From Cladosporium halotolerans (lineage: Eukaryota), in the NCBI RefSeq assembly GCF_011745625.1, contig NW_027191455.1, positions 744,001 through 808,000 of the forward strand: a DNA stretch of 64,000 nt, in the 5' to 3' direction. The position numbers were made by a program, and so were the translations under genes. Below, piece by piece: positions 50,285 through 61,410 of this stretch (positions are counted from its first letter, which is position 1; every line of letters begins with the position of its first letter). The notes under the pieces were generated by a model, which was not told where the DNA came from, did not search any database, and worked only from the letters and a program-made list of their open reading frames with translations.

Positions 50285-51340
50285 TCACCCTCCAGAGGTA
50301 GCGATGAAGCTCGTTGCGCATCCAGCGAAAAGACCTGCTACCTTTCCAGAGACACGGATCTCGTTGAAATTCCCTTTCACATCCCCTTTCGCGTCAATGT
50401 TCTCTCCACAGTTTCCATGCTCTCCCCAGCCCCATGCTAGCACTCTCCCGTCTTGTGTCAATGATATACAATGTTCACTGCCAGCGGCAATATTCTCCAT
50501 TAGTGGGAGATCCTGCGGAGGCAACTGGCCATGGTCATCACGTCCCCAAGCGACTACTCTGCCGCTTTCTTGCAACATATAGACGCTGCCCCAAGATGCA
50601 TTCACTTCTTTCCTATCAGGAACTTTCGACGGGGCTTGCGCCTTGACCTCAAACCGGTCCCTTCCGTTAGGCCCCAACATGGCAACCTCCCCAACATCCC
50701 GGCTTCCGACCAGGCAGGTAAAGTCTTTCCCGCAAACAGCTCTCTCGACCCGAAACCCGACATTCTCAATCCTTCTGGGCTTCCACGCATCTTCAAGCGT
50801 TTCGCCTAATTGCCCCTTGCGCCCTTTTCCCCATCCCCAAACTTCACCGTCGTCCAGAACGGCAACGACGTGCGCCATGCATGCAGACAGCTGCACGATG
50901 CGCGTGCCTGCAGGCGGGAAAGCAGGGACTCGGGCCATAAGCTTTGCCTCACGCACTCCCTGTCCTAGCCCCAGCTCGCCGCTGTCACCGGACCCGCAGA
51001 CCCAGGTCTCTGCTCCGTTGTTGCGTGTGAGCATAGTCGCCGACCACGTTGCAGCTACGTCGTCCCATTTTCCAGCACGGCCGTCGGGTTGGAAGATTTC
51101 TTTGAATTGTGCTTCTGCTTCGCCATCCTTAGTCCCGCACCTTCCATCGCTGTTGTCGCCGGAAGCCCAGGCGCGGCCGTCACAGCTCAGGACGACGGTA
51201 TGATTGCCACCAGCGAGGAGTCGTTTGATCCCGGATGAGAAGATCTCCTTTGAAGCGAGGACAGCTTGAGGTACAGCGACGTCCTCATCGTGCCCTAGAC
51301 CGAGCTGGCCTGAGCCGTTGGAGCCAAGAGCAAAGAGCAT
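50285..51340 (-). CDS. ATS1: RCC1-repeat protein, Ats1/Kti13-like
   Basis: MLFALGSNGSGQLGLG, GGNHT, WGWGKGRKGQLG, WGRDDHGQL, AGSEH, WGWGEHGNCG, AGCATSF repeats; intronless. Confidence 0.75.
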   Translation of the reverse strand: MLFALGSNGSGQLGLGHDEDVAVPQAVLASKEIFSSGIKRLLAGGNHTVVLSCDGRAWASGDNSDGRCGTKDGEAEAQFKEIFQPDGRAGKWDDVAATWSATMLTRNNGAETWVCGSGDSGELGLGQGVREAKLMARVPAFPPAGTRIVQLSACMAHVVAVLDDGEVWGWGKGRKGQLGETLEDAWKPRRIENVGFRVERAVCGKDFTCLVGSRDVGEVAMLGPNGRDRFEVKAQAPSKVPDRKEVNASWGSVYMLQESGRVVAWGRDDHGQLPPQDLPLMENIAAGSEHCISLTQDGRVLAWGWGEHGNCGENIDAKGDVKGNFNEIRVSGKVAGLFAGCATSFIATSGG

Positions 51341-52238
51341 GAGTACGGATTTTTGAGTTTCGCCTAGAGGTGTGATGGAAGTGCGAAGCAGGTTAAGCTG
51401 GATGTCTTCACGCCATCCAGAAGATGTTGTTCTGATTCCTGTTCGTTCTAGCACGTGGCGGTGGATTTGTTCGGTAGGACTGACCCGGTACTTTACTTGA
51501 TCTAAAACACTGGTATTGTACGAATCAGGACAGCATTGTTCAGTCGTTCGTGAGCATGAATCGCGGAAATCTGGAGAGTCGGTGCTTTGACGTCACCCTG
51601 GTCAATCGGGTCGCGACGAGGCCGAGGCATAGGTCTTTGAGACCCAAAGAATGCATGTATTTCTTGATTGTACGGAACGCTTCTAATGAACGCATGATAT
51701 CCGACATATACTCTGACACCCATGTCAACTCCGAAACACACACTGTATCATGATTGCTCGGCGTGGTCATCTCGCCTGGCGCCATCCCGCACAGAAGCGA
51801 GACCCGATCGCAGATCGTCCTCTCTCGCGCCGGCCAGCAAGCCGCTCTCGCTTCTTGCCTTGCCGTCCACTACGGTCACTCCACCACCGGTGTTTACGCC
51901 TGCCATGTGACCTTGACCGCCAGCAACTCCCACACCCACCCAAGTCGCTCTCTCGCGTTGCTCCAATACCGTCCGTCCCATGCACTACGCATAATCATCT
52001 CAAACTCCACCACGCCAATCCCTGGCCTTCCAAACCGCTGACTAGCCCCGAACCCGAGCATGGCACCGGCACCGAGCTACGGACGCCATACCACGACTTC
52101 TTCTTGAAAAGCAGGAGAGCCGCAGCCTTTCAGAGTACCTGTTCAAACAACGCACCACACTCCTTTCACATTGCGCAACATCCGTCCTAGAATCACCCAG
52201 TAAACATAACATAAATATTCCCACGCTCCCAAACAATA

Positions 52239-53219
52239 ATGGCCCAGAACCCGCCCTCGCTCGAAGCCAAACTAGTCATCCTCGGCGCGCAGTCCGTGGG
52301 CAAGACCTCTCTCGTGCACCGCTACGTCAAGAACAGCTTCATCCCGCCCAATCGCTCCCAGTCTACCGTCGGCGCCTCTTTCCTCACGACTCGCGTCCAC
52401 GACCCGGAGTCCGGCACCACCATCCGCTTGCAGATCTGGGACACGGCCGGACAGGAGCGCTTCCGCAGTATCTCAAAACTCTACTACCGCGGCGCGGACG
52501 CGGCGATCCTGTGCTACGATGTCGGCGACCGCTCGAGCTTCGAAGAGATGGGACGATGGCTGGCGGAGTTAAGGGAGCATACTAGCGGGGAGGGCAGTCC
52601 AATCGTGGTGCACGTAGTCGGGACAAAGACGGACCTGGTCGCGGCGGATCCGAAGAAGAGGCAGGTGCCGTTCGAGAAGTGCATTGGGTACGTCGCGGAG
52701 CAGCTGTACCCTGCGACCGTGGCGGCGTCTACGACAGGGAAGGCGGACGGTGCGGCGGCTGCGATTGGGGCGTTCGGTAGCCCGCCGCCGCCGCCGGCGC
52801 TGACTTTTGGAGGGATCGATGGGCGGACGGTGCTCGCGAGCCCGCAGAGCAATCGCTCGAGTGGATTCTGGGGCAGCGATCCGATTTGGGACTGCTGCCA
52901 TGAGGTCAGCTCAAAAGACGGGGAGGGAATCGACGAGGTATTCCGCGTTATCACGCGAAAGCTTGTCGAGCAGCACGCGAGGAAGATGGAAGCATTATCG
53001 GATGCACAATCTCCTGGCGTGGACGGACAGGGAGGCGCGCCGGGCTACTTTGATCTGCCTGGCGCTGGGCAAGGGAGCTTCAAGCTTGGGCACGGCGACA
53101 AAAGGAGGAGCTGGCTAGGTTTTCCGACCACTCCTGGAGGGCTGACGAGTGGCAGCTGGGACGAGGGCGACGCAGAAGTTGAGGGCCCGCGAGGCATACG
53201 GAAGGGGAGGTGCTGCTAA
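52239..53219 (+). CDS. Rab-family small GTPase (Rab5/Rab24-like, atypical)
   Basis: G1 GAQSVGKT, effector TVGASF, IWDTAGQERFRS, YYRGA, G4 TKTD, G5 EVSSK, C-terminal CC prenylation motif. Confidence 0.85.
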   Translation: MAQNPPSLEAKLVILGAQSVGKTSLVHRYVKNSFIPPNRSQSTVGASFLTTRVHDPESGTTIRLQIWDTAGQERFRSISKLYYRGADAAILCYDVGDRSSFEEMGRWLAELREHTSGEGSPIVVHVVGTKTDLVAADPKKRQVPFEKCIGYVAEQLYPATVAASTTGKADGAAAAIGAFGSPPPPPALTFGGIDGRTVLASPQSNRSSGFWGSDPIWDCCHEVSSKDGEGIDEVFRVITRKLVEQHARKMEALSDAQSPGVDGQGGAPGYFDLPGAGQGSFKLGHGDKRRSWLGFPTTPGGLTSGSWDEGDAEVEGPRGIRKGRCC

Positions 53220-53532
53220 AACCGCCCGGCACGATGACAACTTTATTTTTGGAGCGAGGTGTTTCTGGCGTTTTGATCCACGCATGGGAGGACTATTGTC
53301 TTGTGGGACTCACGGCGTTATGGCAAATGGGATCGGCTCGCGATATGGACATGTAGAGAGCCTCGCGGCGCGACGACAGGTATCGTCGTTGCTAGGATAT
53401 ACACCTGTACAACTTGAGAGCTGCTGCGCTCATCCAGGGTCATCTCACATCTCAATGCGGAACTCAAGCTTTGAAAAGTAATCATAGAAGCTTGAGCATC
53501 GGCCTTTGCCGAACGAGTCTCTTGGCCCTTCG

Positions 53533-53997
53533 TTACCTGAGCCTGTTGCCAGCCAATATGAACAATGCAAAGATCATTCCTTGCCCAGCAAAGAAGACTC
53601 CCGTCCTAATCAACGCCACCTTCCTCGTTTCTCCGACCGTGTACGCCCAGCTGTACAGCACCCGACTCATCAGATATCCCAGACTCAGTGCATTCAGTAG
53701 GCCCTTGCTGACGCCCGCAGAATTGCTAGCCACGACTGCGGCAGCGAAATAGCCAACATTCTCCAGCCCATTGGCCTGCGCGGCTTCGGCGCGTACGATC
53801 CGGTCTCTAGTGGTGGAAGGGAGGGCTTGGTCGGCCTTTGCTCTGTCGGCAAGAGCGCGTGGCAGGACGATATCGAGAGGCTTCTTAGTTGTGCTTGTGT
53901 AGAGGTAGGCGGCATAGAGGCGAGGGAGAAGGCAGACGATCCAGGAGATTGGAAGGGTATAGAGGGAGAAGTTCGTCTGGTTCAGGAGGGATGACAT
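53533..53997 (-). CDS. MAPEG-family membrane protein
   Basis: RAEAAQANGLEN and YLMSRVLY motifs with about 4 hydrophobic segments; start at the ATG at 53997. Confidence 0.8.
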   Translation of the reverse strand: MSSLLNQTNFSLYTLPISWIVCLLPRLYAAYLYTSTTKKPLDIVLPRALADRAKADQALPSTTRDRIVRAEAAQANGLENVGYFAAAVVASNSAGVSKGLLNALSLGYLMSRVLYSWAYTVGETRKVALIRTGVFFAGQGMIFALFILAGNRLR

Positions 53998-54709
53998 GGT
54001 CTGGTCCACGCAAGCATGTAACGGTTTGGCGATGCGGTACTGAGAACAGCTGTTCGTTTGAGCGTAACGGTGTCGTTGGACCTTCCAGACTAACCTTCGA
54101 ATATTTCGGCGGCCTTTAGGAAATACACGTACGGCTAGGCACGCGGCCTTTGTCGAAGTGTGGTGAATTGGCGCATGATAAGAATCGATCGATGCAAATC
54201 CCACCTATCATTGCGCTGGCGAGCCTACTTTCCTGCTGAAAATCTCGTGCCACTTTAGCGACTGCCTACTTATCGATGGAGGGTGCCAAGGCAAGATCAA
54301 GCGAAGAAGTGGCGTTGGTCACACAGCAGGGAAGATGGCGCCAGCGGAAGCACGAGTGCAACGATTGCTCGGGTCGCTCGGGTAGCAGCCTATCAAATGA
54401 CGAGGGTCATGAGAACAATGATTCAGGTCCAAATGTGAGCCTTGTACCCAAAATTGGGCTGAAATATGAGGCCACGGTTGGACAGTACAATCTTGTCCAT
54501 ACGGCTGTCCAAGTTTTACTTTTTCCATAGGCCACCGCCAGTCGGAAAGCGAGCATGCATTGAGAGAAATACGATCGTTGTGAAGGCTATGCCAGAGTCC
54601 AATACTATTGAACAGCCATGCCTTGGAAGGGGCTGATATTGGCGCGCATTAGACATCCCCATGATGTGATTCGGGACCAGTATCGTAACGTAGAGTGCAA
54701 ATGATCAGC

Positions 54710-55247
54710 TCAGGCATTGAATGACCAGCCCGCAACCTTCAGCATCTCATTCACTTCATTGTCTCTAAGCACAAACTCCCATCCAGCCTTTTGTTCTAAT
54801 TGAGGTTGCGCCGCTCGATAGCCGTAGACGTTGGTGAACGTCCATGTTTTGCCTTCGAGCTCGTGGCCTGCCTGTGGGTGGAAAGTGAAAGTGATCCAGC
54901 ATAGCACCGATGTCTCGCTATAAACGACGCTTGTCACCCCCTCGAGAGTCATGTGGCAACCGAGATGTGATGCGATATTCTGGCGCATTTCTTTGGCAAT
55001 CAGCGCCGTCGCTGCTTCTGGTGACTAGGCCAAGTGTTAGCTTAGATGGAGCTATGAGAGGCAACGAGCGTACTTCGAGCGTCGACTTCTCGGCATTGGT
55101 CAGAATGGTACAACCCGATGTGTAACAACGGCCAGCGTTAGTGGCAACCGTACGATGATTCTCGTATGAACAGGAATCGGGCGTGTCCCAAAATGAGCCG
55201 TACGTGCGCGCGAAGGATTCAGCTTCTTGCTGTATGCTTTGCAACAT
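54710..55247 (-). CDS. Small conserved fungal protein (SnoaL/NTF2-like fold suspected); intron 55025-55073
   Basis: GTACGC..CTAAC..TAG intron fuses MLQSIQQEAESFARTYG.. with SPEAATALI..WITFTFHP..WTFTNVYGYR..GWEFVLRDNE. Confidence 0.6.
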
Positions 55248-55818
55248 GATGGGTGATGTTGGGCTTTGTCTAAGAACAGAACAGCTGCACATCTGGCTGC
55301 GAGCAAGCGTTCATGATATGGGTCGACATTTTGAGTTTGATGTTGCGCATTCGCGACGGTGTATAGCAGCACCCGGCAAACTATATGCGGTATCCGCGTT
55401 TGACAGCGGCGTCAATCTTCGGATAGCGGTCTTGGCGGGGTATGCCTGCATTGCGGTCTCCAGTCGTGCAACCGAACATGTACTTTGACATGCACAGCGC
55501 ACTACTTCGACGAATGTCATGTCGCTCGGGAGAAGTAGGATCGTGCGCTGGTGGAGTGCAACCTGAAGACAGCCCTAGGCGTTGGGAGGCCTGAGGACTT
55601 CCGTCAATGACGCTGGAGGGGGCTTGGCCGTGCTGGCATACGCCCAGGTGTAGCCTCGAGGCAGCATCTTGACCGAAAGAGTTACGTGGTGGCATAACCA
55701 CACCTTTTGCCTTGTATCCTTGCCCCGTCTTTTAGGACGTCTCTTCCAACACTTGTCTCGCCAATGCCGTGAAGCGACGTAGCTAGCTCGATCCCTTCCC
55801 TGCTCGACTTCCGCCGAC

Positions 55819-58800
55819 ATGGCATCCGCCTACCCTTCTTCCGCTCTCCCCCACAGAGGTGCCGCCCACCGAGGGTCACCGGCAGCTTCCAATGCTCCTC
55901 CAGGCACCTTTCTCCCAGGAACCAAAGTTCAAGTTGGCAATCACCGAGTGATAATTGAGAAATACCTGTCCGAAGGTGGTTTCGCCCACGTCTACGTCGC
56001 CCGGATTCCCCGGGACAACAACAAGTATGAGGTTGCAGTGCTCAAGCGTGTGGCGGTGCCGGACAAGGACCATCTGGCCAACATGAGGACGGAGGTGGAG
56101 ACTATGAAGAAGCTGAAAGGACACCGTCATATTGTCACATACATTGACAGCCACGCCAGTCAACTCAACGGAGGAGGCTACGAAGTGTTTCTGCTGATGG
56201 AATACTGCGGAGGAGGAGGGTTGATTGATTTCATGAACACGCGGTTGCAACACAGGTTGACCGAGCCTGAAATCTTGAAGATCTTCGGCGACGTCGCAGA
56301 GGGCGTGGCATGCATGCACTACCTTAAGCCGCCTCTTTTGCATAGGGATCTCAAGGTGGAGAACGTACTGATTTCGAAATCGGACTCTGGAACTCCAATG
56401 TACAAGCTTTGTGATTTCGGAAGCACTGCGCCCCCAAGAGCTGCTGCCAGGACGACGGAAGAGGGACGTTTGATCGAAGAGGATGTACAGAAACACACCA
56501 CCATGCAGTACAGGAGCCCGGAAATGATCGACGTGTGGCGGAAGCAACCGATAGATGAAAAGGCGGACATTTGGGCGCTCGGCGTACTGCTGTACAAGCT
56601 ATGCTACTACACGACTCCTTTTGAGGAGGTTGGACAGATGGCCATCTTGAACGCCAGCTTCAAGTACCCTAGCTACCCTCAATTCTCGGAGAAGCTGAAA
56701 AAGTTCATTGGATGGATGCTCAAGGAAGACCCGAAGAATCGTCCGAATATCTATCAGGTTGTCAAAGAGACTTGCGGGATGCGTGGAACGCAAGTCCCGA
56801 TCAAAGACATTTACGCCGAGCGTACCCAGTCTGAGGCCCGCAGAAATCAGACCTTGCCGCCAAACGAAGGTTCCACGTCCTCGCCAGGCCCGATAGGACT
56901 GCAGAAGGCAAGCTCGAAGATAGAAGCACAGCGCATACCCGACATCGCGCCTATGCGAAGAGGACGACCTACCGCCGTCTCGCAACAAGCGTCAAACTCA
57001 GCACAGCCAAGCCCATCCCCAGCCAGAGGAGATCCATTCGCCGCTCTTGACTCCAAGAACTACGAAGTCCGCGCCGGTGCGGTGGATGAGCTGTCGAAGA
57101 GGTTCCCGAAGCTGGACGACTTCTCGATCGCGCACGATCCGAGTGGCCAGTTCCAGTTCGACAAGAGCCCGCCTATAACCTCGCCACCTATTCAGAACAA
57201 TGTCGATGAGCGCATGACCAATGCTCTTGCAGATGACTTGTTCGCATCCTCTAAGCCGCAAGCCGAAGCGATCAAGTCACAAAGCACAACCCAGCTAAAC
57301 AAGAAACCAATGGCACCGCCTGCGAAGCCAAAGATTGCGGATCGCGTCCGTGACTTCTCGCAGCAGTCTCCTCTCATGCATCAACCCACACCTGTTAGGC
57401 CGCAGACAAACTACAAATCCACCGCAGTCGGCAGCTCGCCACCGCCTCCTAAGCCAGAGAAGCCAAAGCCGAACGACAAACCTGCGTTCAAGATGCCTGA
57501 AGTCAGCAAAAGGCCCATCTGGAAGGTGCCCGACCATAGCCGGTCGACGAGTGTACCGAGAGTCCCTGAATCACTCACACCCGATGCAGAACCTTCACAG
57601 ACCAAGCTCCAACTGCCGAAAAGGCCGGGCATACTGGACACCTTCCGGTCAAAGTCGTCGACGACTGTTGCTTCGGCAAAGTCACCTACATCTTCCAGGC
57701 CGTCACTGGAAGGGCACCGTCCCTCGCAATTGGAGCTTGCCGATGAATCATCAATCACAAGAGCCCAGTCTGTTCAGCCCCGCCAGCGCCCGAGCAGTGC
57801 ATATGTCAGCTCTAATCTCGAATTTTTGCGAGACCAAGAGGCTGCTAGGAAGTCCTCGGTCGAGATTCGGAGGTCCATGGACAAGACTCGTAGCCGCCAA
57901 TCGAGCCCTCGTCTGATCGCTATCGATAGTAACGAGCAGATTCCCGACCAGTCCAATATTGAAAATGATCTCGATTACCTGCGAAGCAATGAAGAGGCAG
58001 ATTCCAGCAATCGGAGACATAGCAGGCACGGTGTTTCAGGCCACAAAAAGCGATCGAGCATACCGTCGATTTCGAACGCTAAGAACATATTTGCCGGACG
58101 ATTTGGTGACGCTTTCAAGCGATTCGAGCACAACCCGGGCGAGGACAAGACCCAAGAGGACAACCGGCCAAGAACGCCGGAGGCAGCTACATACGGCGAC
58201 CCCTCGCAGAACCTCTCGCCCATCCAAGGCTCCGAGCCAACGCCAAGCAGATACACCGAAACCAGCTCGTCCATCGACGAAACCGAAGACATCCCCCCCC
58301 AAGTCAGACGAGAGCTCGAACGCCGCCGACTCAGCGAAGAAGAGAAGCGCGTCGCCGACGCCGCCGCCCAATACCGCGCGACCCTCACCTCCAACGGCAC
58401 CGGCTCCCAGCCCAACCCCAGCCGCGCCAGCACCATCCAGCGCCGCGTCCAGACCCTCCTCGAAGAAGGCCAGAAATCCCCCGTCGCCCCGCGCACCGCA
58501 GAAGGCTACGGCAAGTTCACCGACCAGCCCGACCAAGAATCCCAACCCCTGCCGCCCCGGACCTCCTCGCGCGCAGGCCCCAAGCCCGCCGCCCCGCCCC
58601 CCCTCCGCGCCCCGCCCTCCGACATGTCCGTCCCGGGCCTCGCGGACCCGCGCGTCCGCCCGCAGCAATCGGGCCAGGCCCTCGCGCAGGTCACTTCCGC
58701 TCCGCCCGCGCCCCAGCACCAGCGCGTCGTCTCCCGCCCCAGCGCCCCGCCGAAGCCCAAGGTCCTGCGCACCGCGCAGTGGCCGCCGGCCGAGCCGCAG

Positions 58801-59118
58801 GCGCAAGCAGAGCCGGCTGCGCCCCTGCAAGCGAAACCAACTGCTCTTGCGGCGCTGCTGGCGAAGGACCTCGAGGGCGTGCCGGATTATCCGCCGCAGG
58901 GGTCTTCAGGTTCCGCTGCTGGGCCTGCTGCGCGGGGAGATGGCGCTGCTGCGTTTGCGCAGGGCGGCGGTGGTGGTGACGAAGGGGTGCAGGATCTCGA
59001 GGCGGATTTCACGGCAAGGTATCCGAGTTTGACGGGGATTGAGATGGTGGAGCGGGAGATTGGGGGTGGGAGGTGTAGCGTGGGAAGTGTCTCGAGAGAT
59101 GTATGTAAGGAGGTGTGA
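55819..59118 (+). CDS. NAK-family Ser/Thr kinase (Ark1/Prk1/Ppk30-like) regulating actin/endocytosis
   Basis: LSEGGFAHVY, VLKRV, HRDLKVEN, LCDFGS, TTMQYRSPE, DIWALG; long Pro/Ser-rich tail with DPF and FTARYPSL motifs. Confidence 0.92.
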   Translation: MASAYPSSALPHRGAAHRGSPAASNAPPGTFLPGTKVQVGNHRVIIEKYLSEGGFAHVYVARIPRDNNKYEVAVLKRVAVPDKDHLANMRTEVETMKKLKGHRHIVTYIDSHASQLNGGGYEVFLLMEYCGGGGLIDFMNTRLQHRLTEPEILKIFGDVAEGVACMHYLKPPLLHRDLKVENVLISKSDSGTPMYKLCDFGSTAPPRAAARTTEEGRLIEEDVQKHTTMQYRSPEMIDVWRKQPIDEKADIWALGVLLYKLCYYTTPFEEVGQMAILNASFKYPSYPQFSEKLKKFIGWMLKEDPKNRPNIYQVVKETCGMRGTQVPIKDIYAERTQSEARRNQTLPPNEGSTSSPGPIGLQKASSKIEAQRIPDIAPMRRGRPTAVSQQASNSAQPSPSPARGDPFAALDSKNYEVRAGAVDELSKRFPKLDDFSIAHDPSGQFQFDKSPPITSPPIQNNVDERMTNALADDLFASSKPQAEAIKSQSTTQLNKKPMAPPAKPKIADRVRDFSQQSPLMHQPTPVRPQTNYKSTAVGSSPPPPKPEKPKPNDKPAFKMPEVSKRPIWKVPDHSRSTSVPRVPESLTPDAEPSQTKLQLPKRPGILDTFRSKSSTTVASAKSPTSSRPSLEGHRPSQLELADESSITRAQSVQPRQRPSSAYVSSNLEFLRDQEAARKSSVEIRRSMDKTRSRQSSPRLIAIDSNEQIPDQSNIENDLDYLRSNEEADSSNRRHSRHGVSGHKKRSSIPSISNAKNIFAGRFGDAFKRFEHNPGEDKTQEDNRPRTPEAATYGDPSQNLSPIQGSEPTPSRYTETSSSIDETEDIPPQVRRELERRRLSEEEKRVADAAAQYRATLTSNGTGSQPNPSRASTIQRRVQTLLEEGQKSPVAPRTAEGYGKFTDQPDQESQPLPPRTSSRAGPKPAAPPPLRAPPSDMSVPGLADPRVRPQQSGQALAQVTSAPPAPQHQRVVSRPSAPPKPKVLRTAQWPPAEPQAQAEPAAPLQAKPTALAALLAKDLEGVPDYPPQGSSGSAAGPAARGDGAAAFAQGGGGGDEGVQDLEADFTARYPSLTGIEMVEREIGGGRCSVGSVSRDVCKEV

Positions 59119-59709
59119 TCTATGCATGTATGTGTATTCGGAAGTGCCTTCACATGTAGGAGGTAATGGTGGGAATGTAATGTTTGTGGCGACGTTCAGC
59201 CACATTGCTTCCACGAGTGCCCCTTTCCGCAAATCATCACACATGTACGAAGTGACCCACGAGAAATGGTAAAGAGATATGATGTGTGGTGTATCAGCTC
59301 CAACGAGCCCAAGTCTATTAAATTGCTATGTTCTGGAGTTGCGAAAGTGGAAAACCCTCCTGTTCCTCTCCCTGTATCTATGTTCCCGAAGACGCCATCG
59401 CTAAGAAAGTGAAGGTTGCAAAAACCCACCCGAGCCAAGTCTGCGGGTCAAATAATGGAAAAGGGTATCAAGAAAAGCGACAAAGTTGTTCCCATCCACC
59501 GGAGTCAAAGCAGAAAAAACCGAAGTCGTTGATCGTTGATGTTTGTCCGAAAAGAAATATCCAAGAAGAGTGAGGTGTCGTGAGGTCGTTGATGTTGTTG
59601 CTGGTAGGTGTTCGCAATCTCGATAACATTAAGAATGGGCGATCGCATGCCTTTATTGTTGCTCATCGGACGGTTCTGGAGAGCGCGATCGCGAGCCTTC
59701 GTCCTGCGA

Positions 59710-61410
59710 CTAGCGGACAGACAGCGTCGGGATGATCGTGCTCTCAGGTTGCATGGTGGTCCTGACAGCGCGGCTGGTTTCGCGGTCGGTGTAGCCAGGC
59801 GGCGGGGCGTCGAGGGTGTCACTCCTCTCCAGCGATCTGTTCCTAGCGTAGGGAGGAGAGGCGGTGCCCTCGGAAGCGGGCGCAGGCCCAGCGGCCGGGT
59901 TGGCGAGGCTGCGCGGGGCGAAGAAAGAGGAGATGTCGTCCTCGACGTCGGTGTTCATCACGGCCGAAGAGACAGACTCGCGGCGGCGGACACCGTCTTC
60001 TTCGTAATCGATCGGCGGCGCCGCGGAGACTTGCATGGGAATGCGCAGGTCGACTGAGCCGCCGAGACCGGCGGTCTGCAAAGACAGACTCAAGGCGATG
60101 GTGTAAGTGCGGCTGATGAGGCATGAGTGGAAGGTCGGCACGAAGGAGTGCTTGGTGTTTGGCAGCTCGATGGGGACGACCATCTTGGCGGTGAAGAAAG
60201 CGGAGCCAGGGGTGTATGTCGAGCTAGGCGCAGGGATCCAGCGCTTTTCCTCAATCGACGCAGTGCTATCGCGACGGCTGGAGGGCTGACTTGCAGCATC
60301 GGCCTCCTCGAGGCGCCAATCGAACTTACCGACGGCGCGAGACGCAAGTTCCATGTTGCAGCCGTGCATGCCCTTCGACGCATCAAACTCGCCATCAGCC
60401 TTTTTGGGCACATCATGGCGTGCGCTGGTAGAGTAGTAAGTGCGTGTCTTCAGCTTGCTGGTCAACCTGTCCAGGCGAGGAGGCTGCTTAACCCCCTTCG
60501 CAGGCTCGAAGCGGAGCATGATCGTGGCCGAAGTCTCGACGCGGGAGTGGCCAAGTTCGGCGTTGGCGGGAGGAAGTTGGGCGCTCTTTGGCTGGGCAGC
60601 CTCCATGACCAAAGTGCCAAGCGGACCCATGAGCAGGCCTTTCTTGAGCTTGCGCTCCTTGCGGAGGACGTACTCGGTCTTGACATTGTCTTCGATCATG
60701 CCCTTGACGTCGAGCGGAGGCGTTTCGTCAAAAGCAGGCACCACACGGATCCTACGTGCCTTGGAGGCGACGTGGGTGCGTTTCTCGGGGTCTCCGCCGC
60801 CGCCGAGCTTCGTGATGCGCGCAAAGACGCCATACCTAATGCTTGCCATTTCGGGCGTCATGTCGTCCAAAGTGCCGTCTTTGCTGTTCAATTCCTGGTC
60901 TCCCAGCGAAGGTGGCAACTGCAGGTGCAGGTCTCTGACCATGTCATTGTTCACCTTGTGCTTGCAGACCCTGTCCAGCAGAGTCTTGGGCACGCGGAAG
61001 AAGAAGCCAAATTCGTAGGTCTTGCCAGCCTTGAGCGTTCGATCAGCCCGGTCGTCGGGGTAAAGACGGTCCAGGTGTGGCTGGCTCAGGCGCAGGAAAG
61101 TGTGATACGCCTCCGAGCGTCCGCTGATAGCGGCAGCGGTCGTGTTCCTATCAACGTGCGTCTTAGACGTGCCAATAAACTCGATCTCGACGTCGTCGAA
61201 CTCGGTGTCAACCGCTGGAGTGATGACGACTGTGCCCTGGATTCTGTCCATGGTAGAGTAGATTTTTCTGCGGCTGTCGAGGTGGATGCTGATATCTGGC
61301 TTGGGGTTGTGCACAATGTTGCGCAGCTTGCCTGGAAGGCCGGGCATGCTGGGCAATTGGATCCCGGCAACGCCGTTGCCGTGATGGTTGTTGTTGTTGG
61401 TTGCGGACAT
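59710..61410 (-). CDS. Arrestin-like (arrestin-N/Bul1-type) ubiquitin-ligase adaptor
   Basis: YSTMDRIQGTV, IEFIGTSKT, YEFGFFFRVP, LPPSLG, IRYGV, FVPTFHSCLISRTY, C-terminal PY motifs (SPPY, PPPGY). First ATG at 61410; TATA at ~61686-61695. Confidence 0.8.
   Translation of the reverse strand: MSATNNNNHHGNGVAGIQLPSMPGLPGKLRNIVHNPKPDISIHLDSRRKIYSTMDRIQGTVVITPAVDTEFDDVEIEFIGTSKTHVDRNTTAAAISGRSEAYHTFLRLSQPHLDRLYPDDRADRTLKAGKTYEFGFFFRVPKTLLDRVCKHKVNNDMVRDLHLQLPPSLGDQELNSKDGTLDDMTPEMASIRYGVFARITKLGGGGDPEKRTHVASKARRIRVVPAFDETPPLDVKGMIEDNVKTEYVLRKERKLKKGLLMGPLGTLVMEAAQPKSAQLPPANAELGHSRVETSATIMLRFEPAKGVKQPPRLDRLTSKLKTRTYYSTSARHDVPKKADGEFDASKGMHGCNMELASRAVGKFDWRLEEADAASQPSSRRDSTASIEEKRWIPAPSSTYTPGSAFFTAKMVVPIELPNTKHSFVPTFHSCLISRTYTIALSLSLQTAGLGGSVDLRIPMQVSAAPPIDYEEDGVRRRESVSSAVMNTDVEDDISSFFAPRSLANPAAGPAPASEGTASPPYARNRSLERSDTLDAPPPGYTDRETSRAVRTTMQPESTIIPTLSVR

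Noticed and set aside
57959..59032. 357-aa alternative-frame ORF in the kinase tail
   Set aside because: GC-rich, low-complexity region lacking stops by composition.
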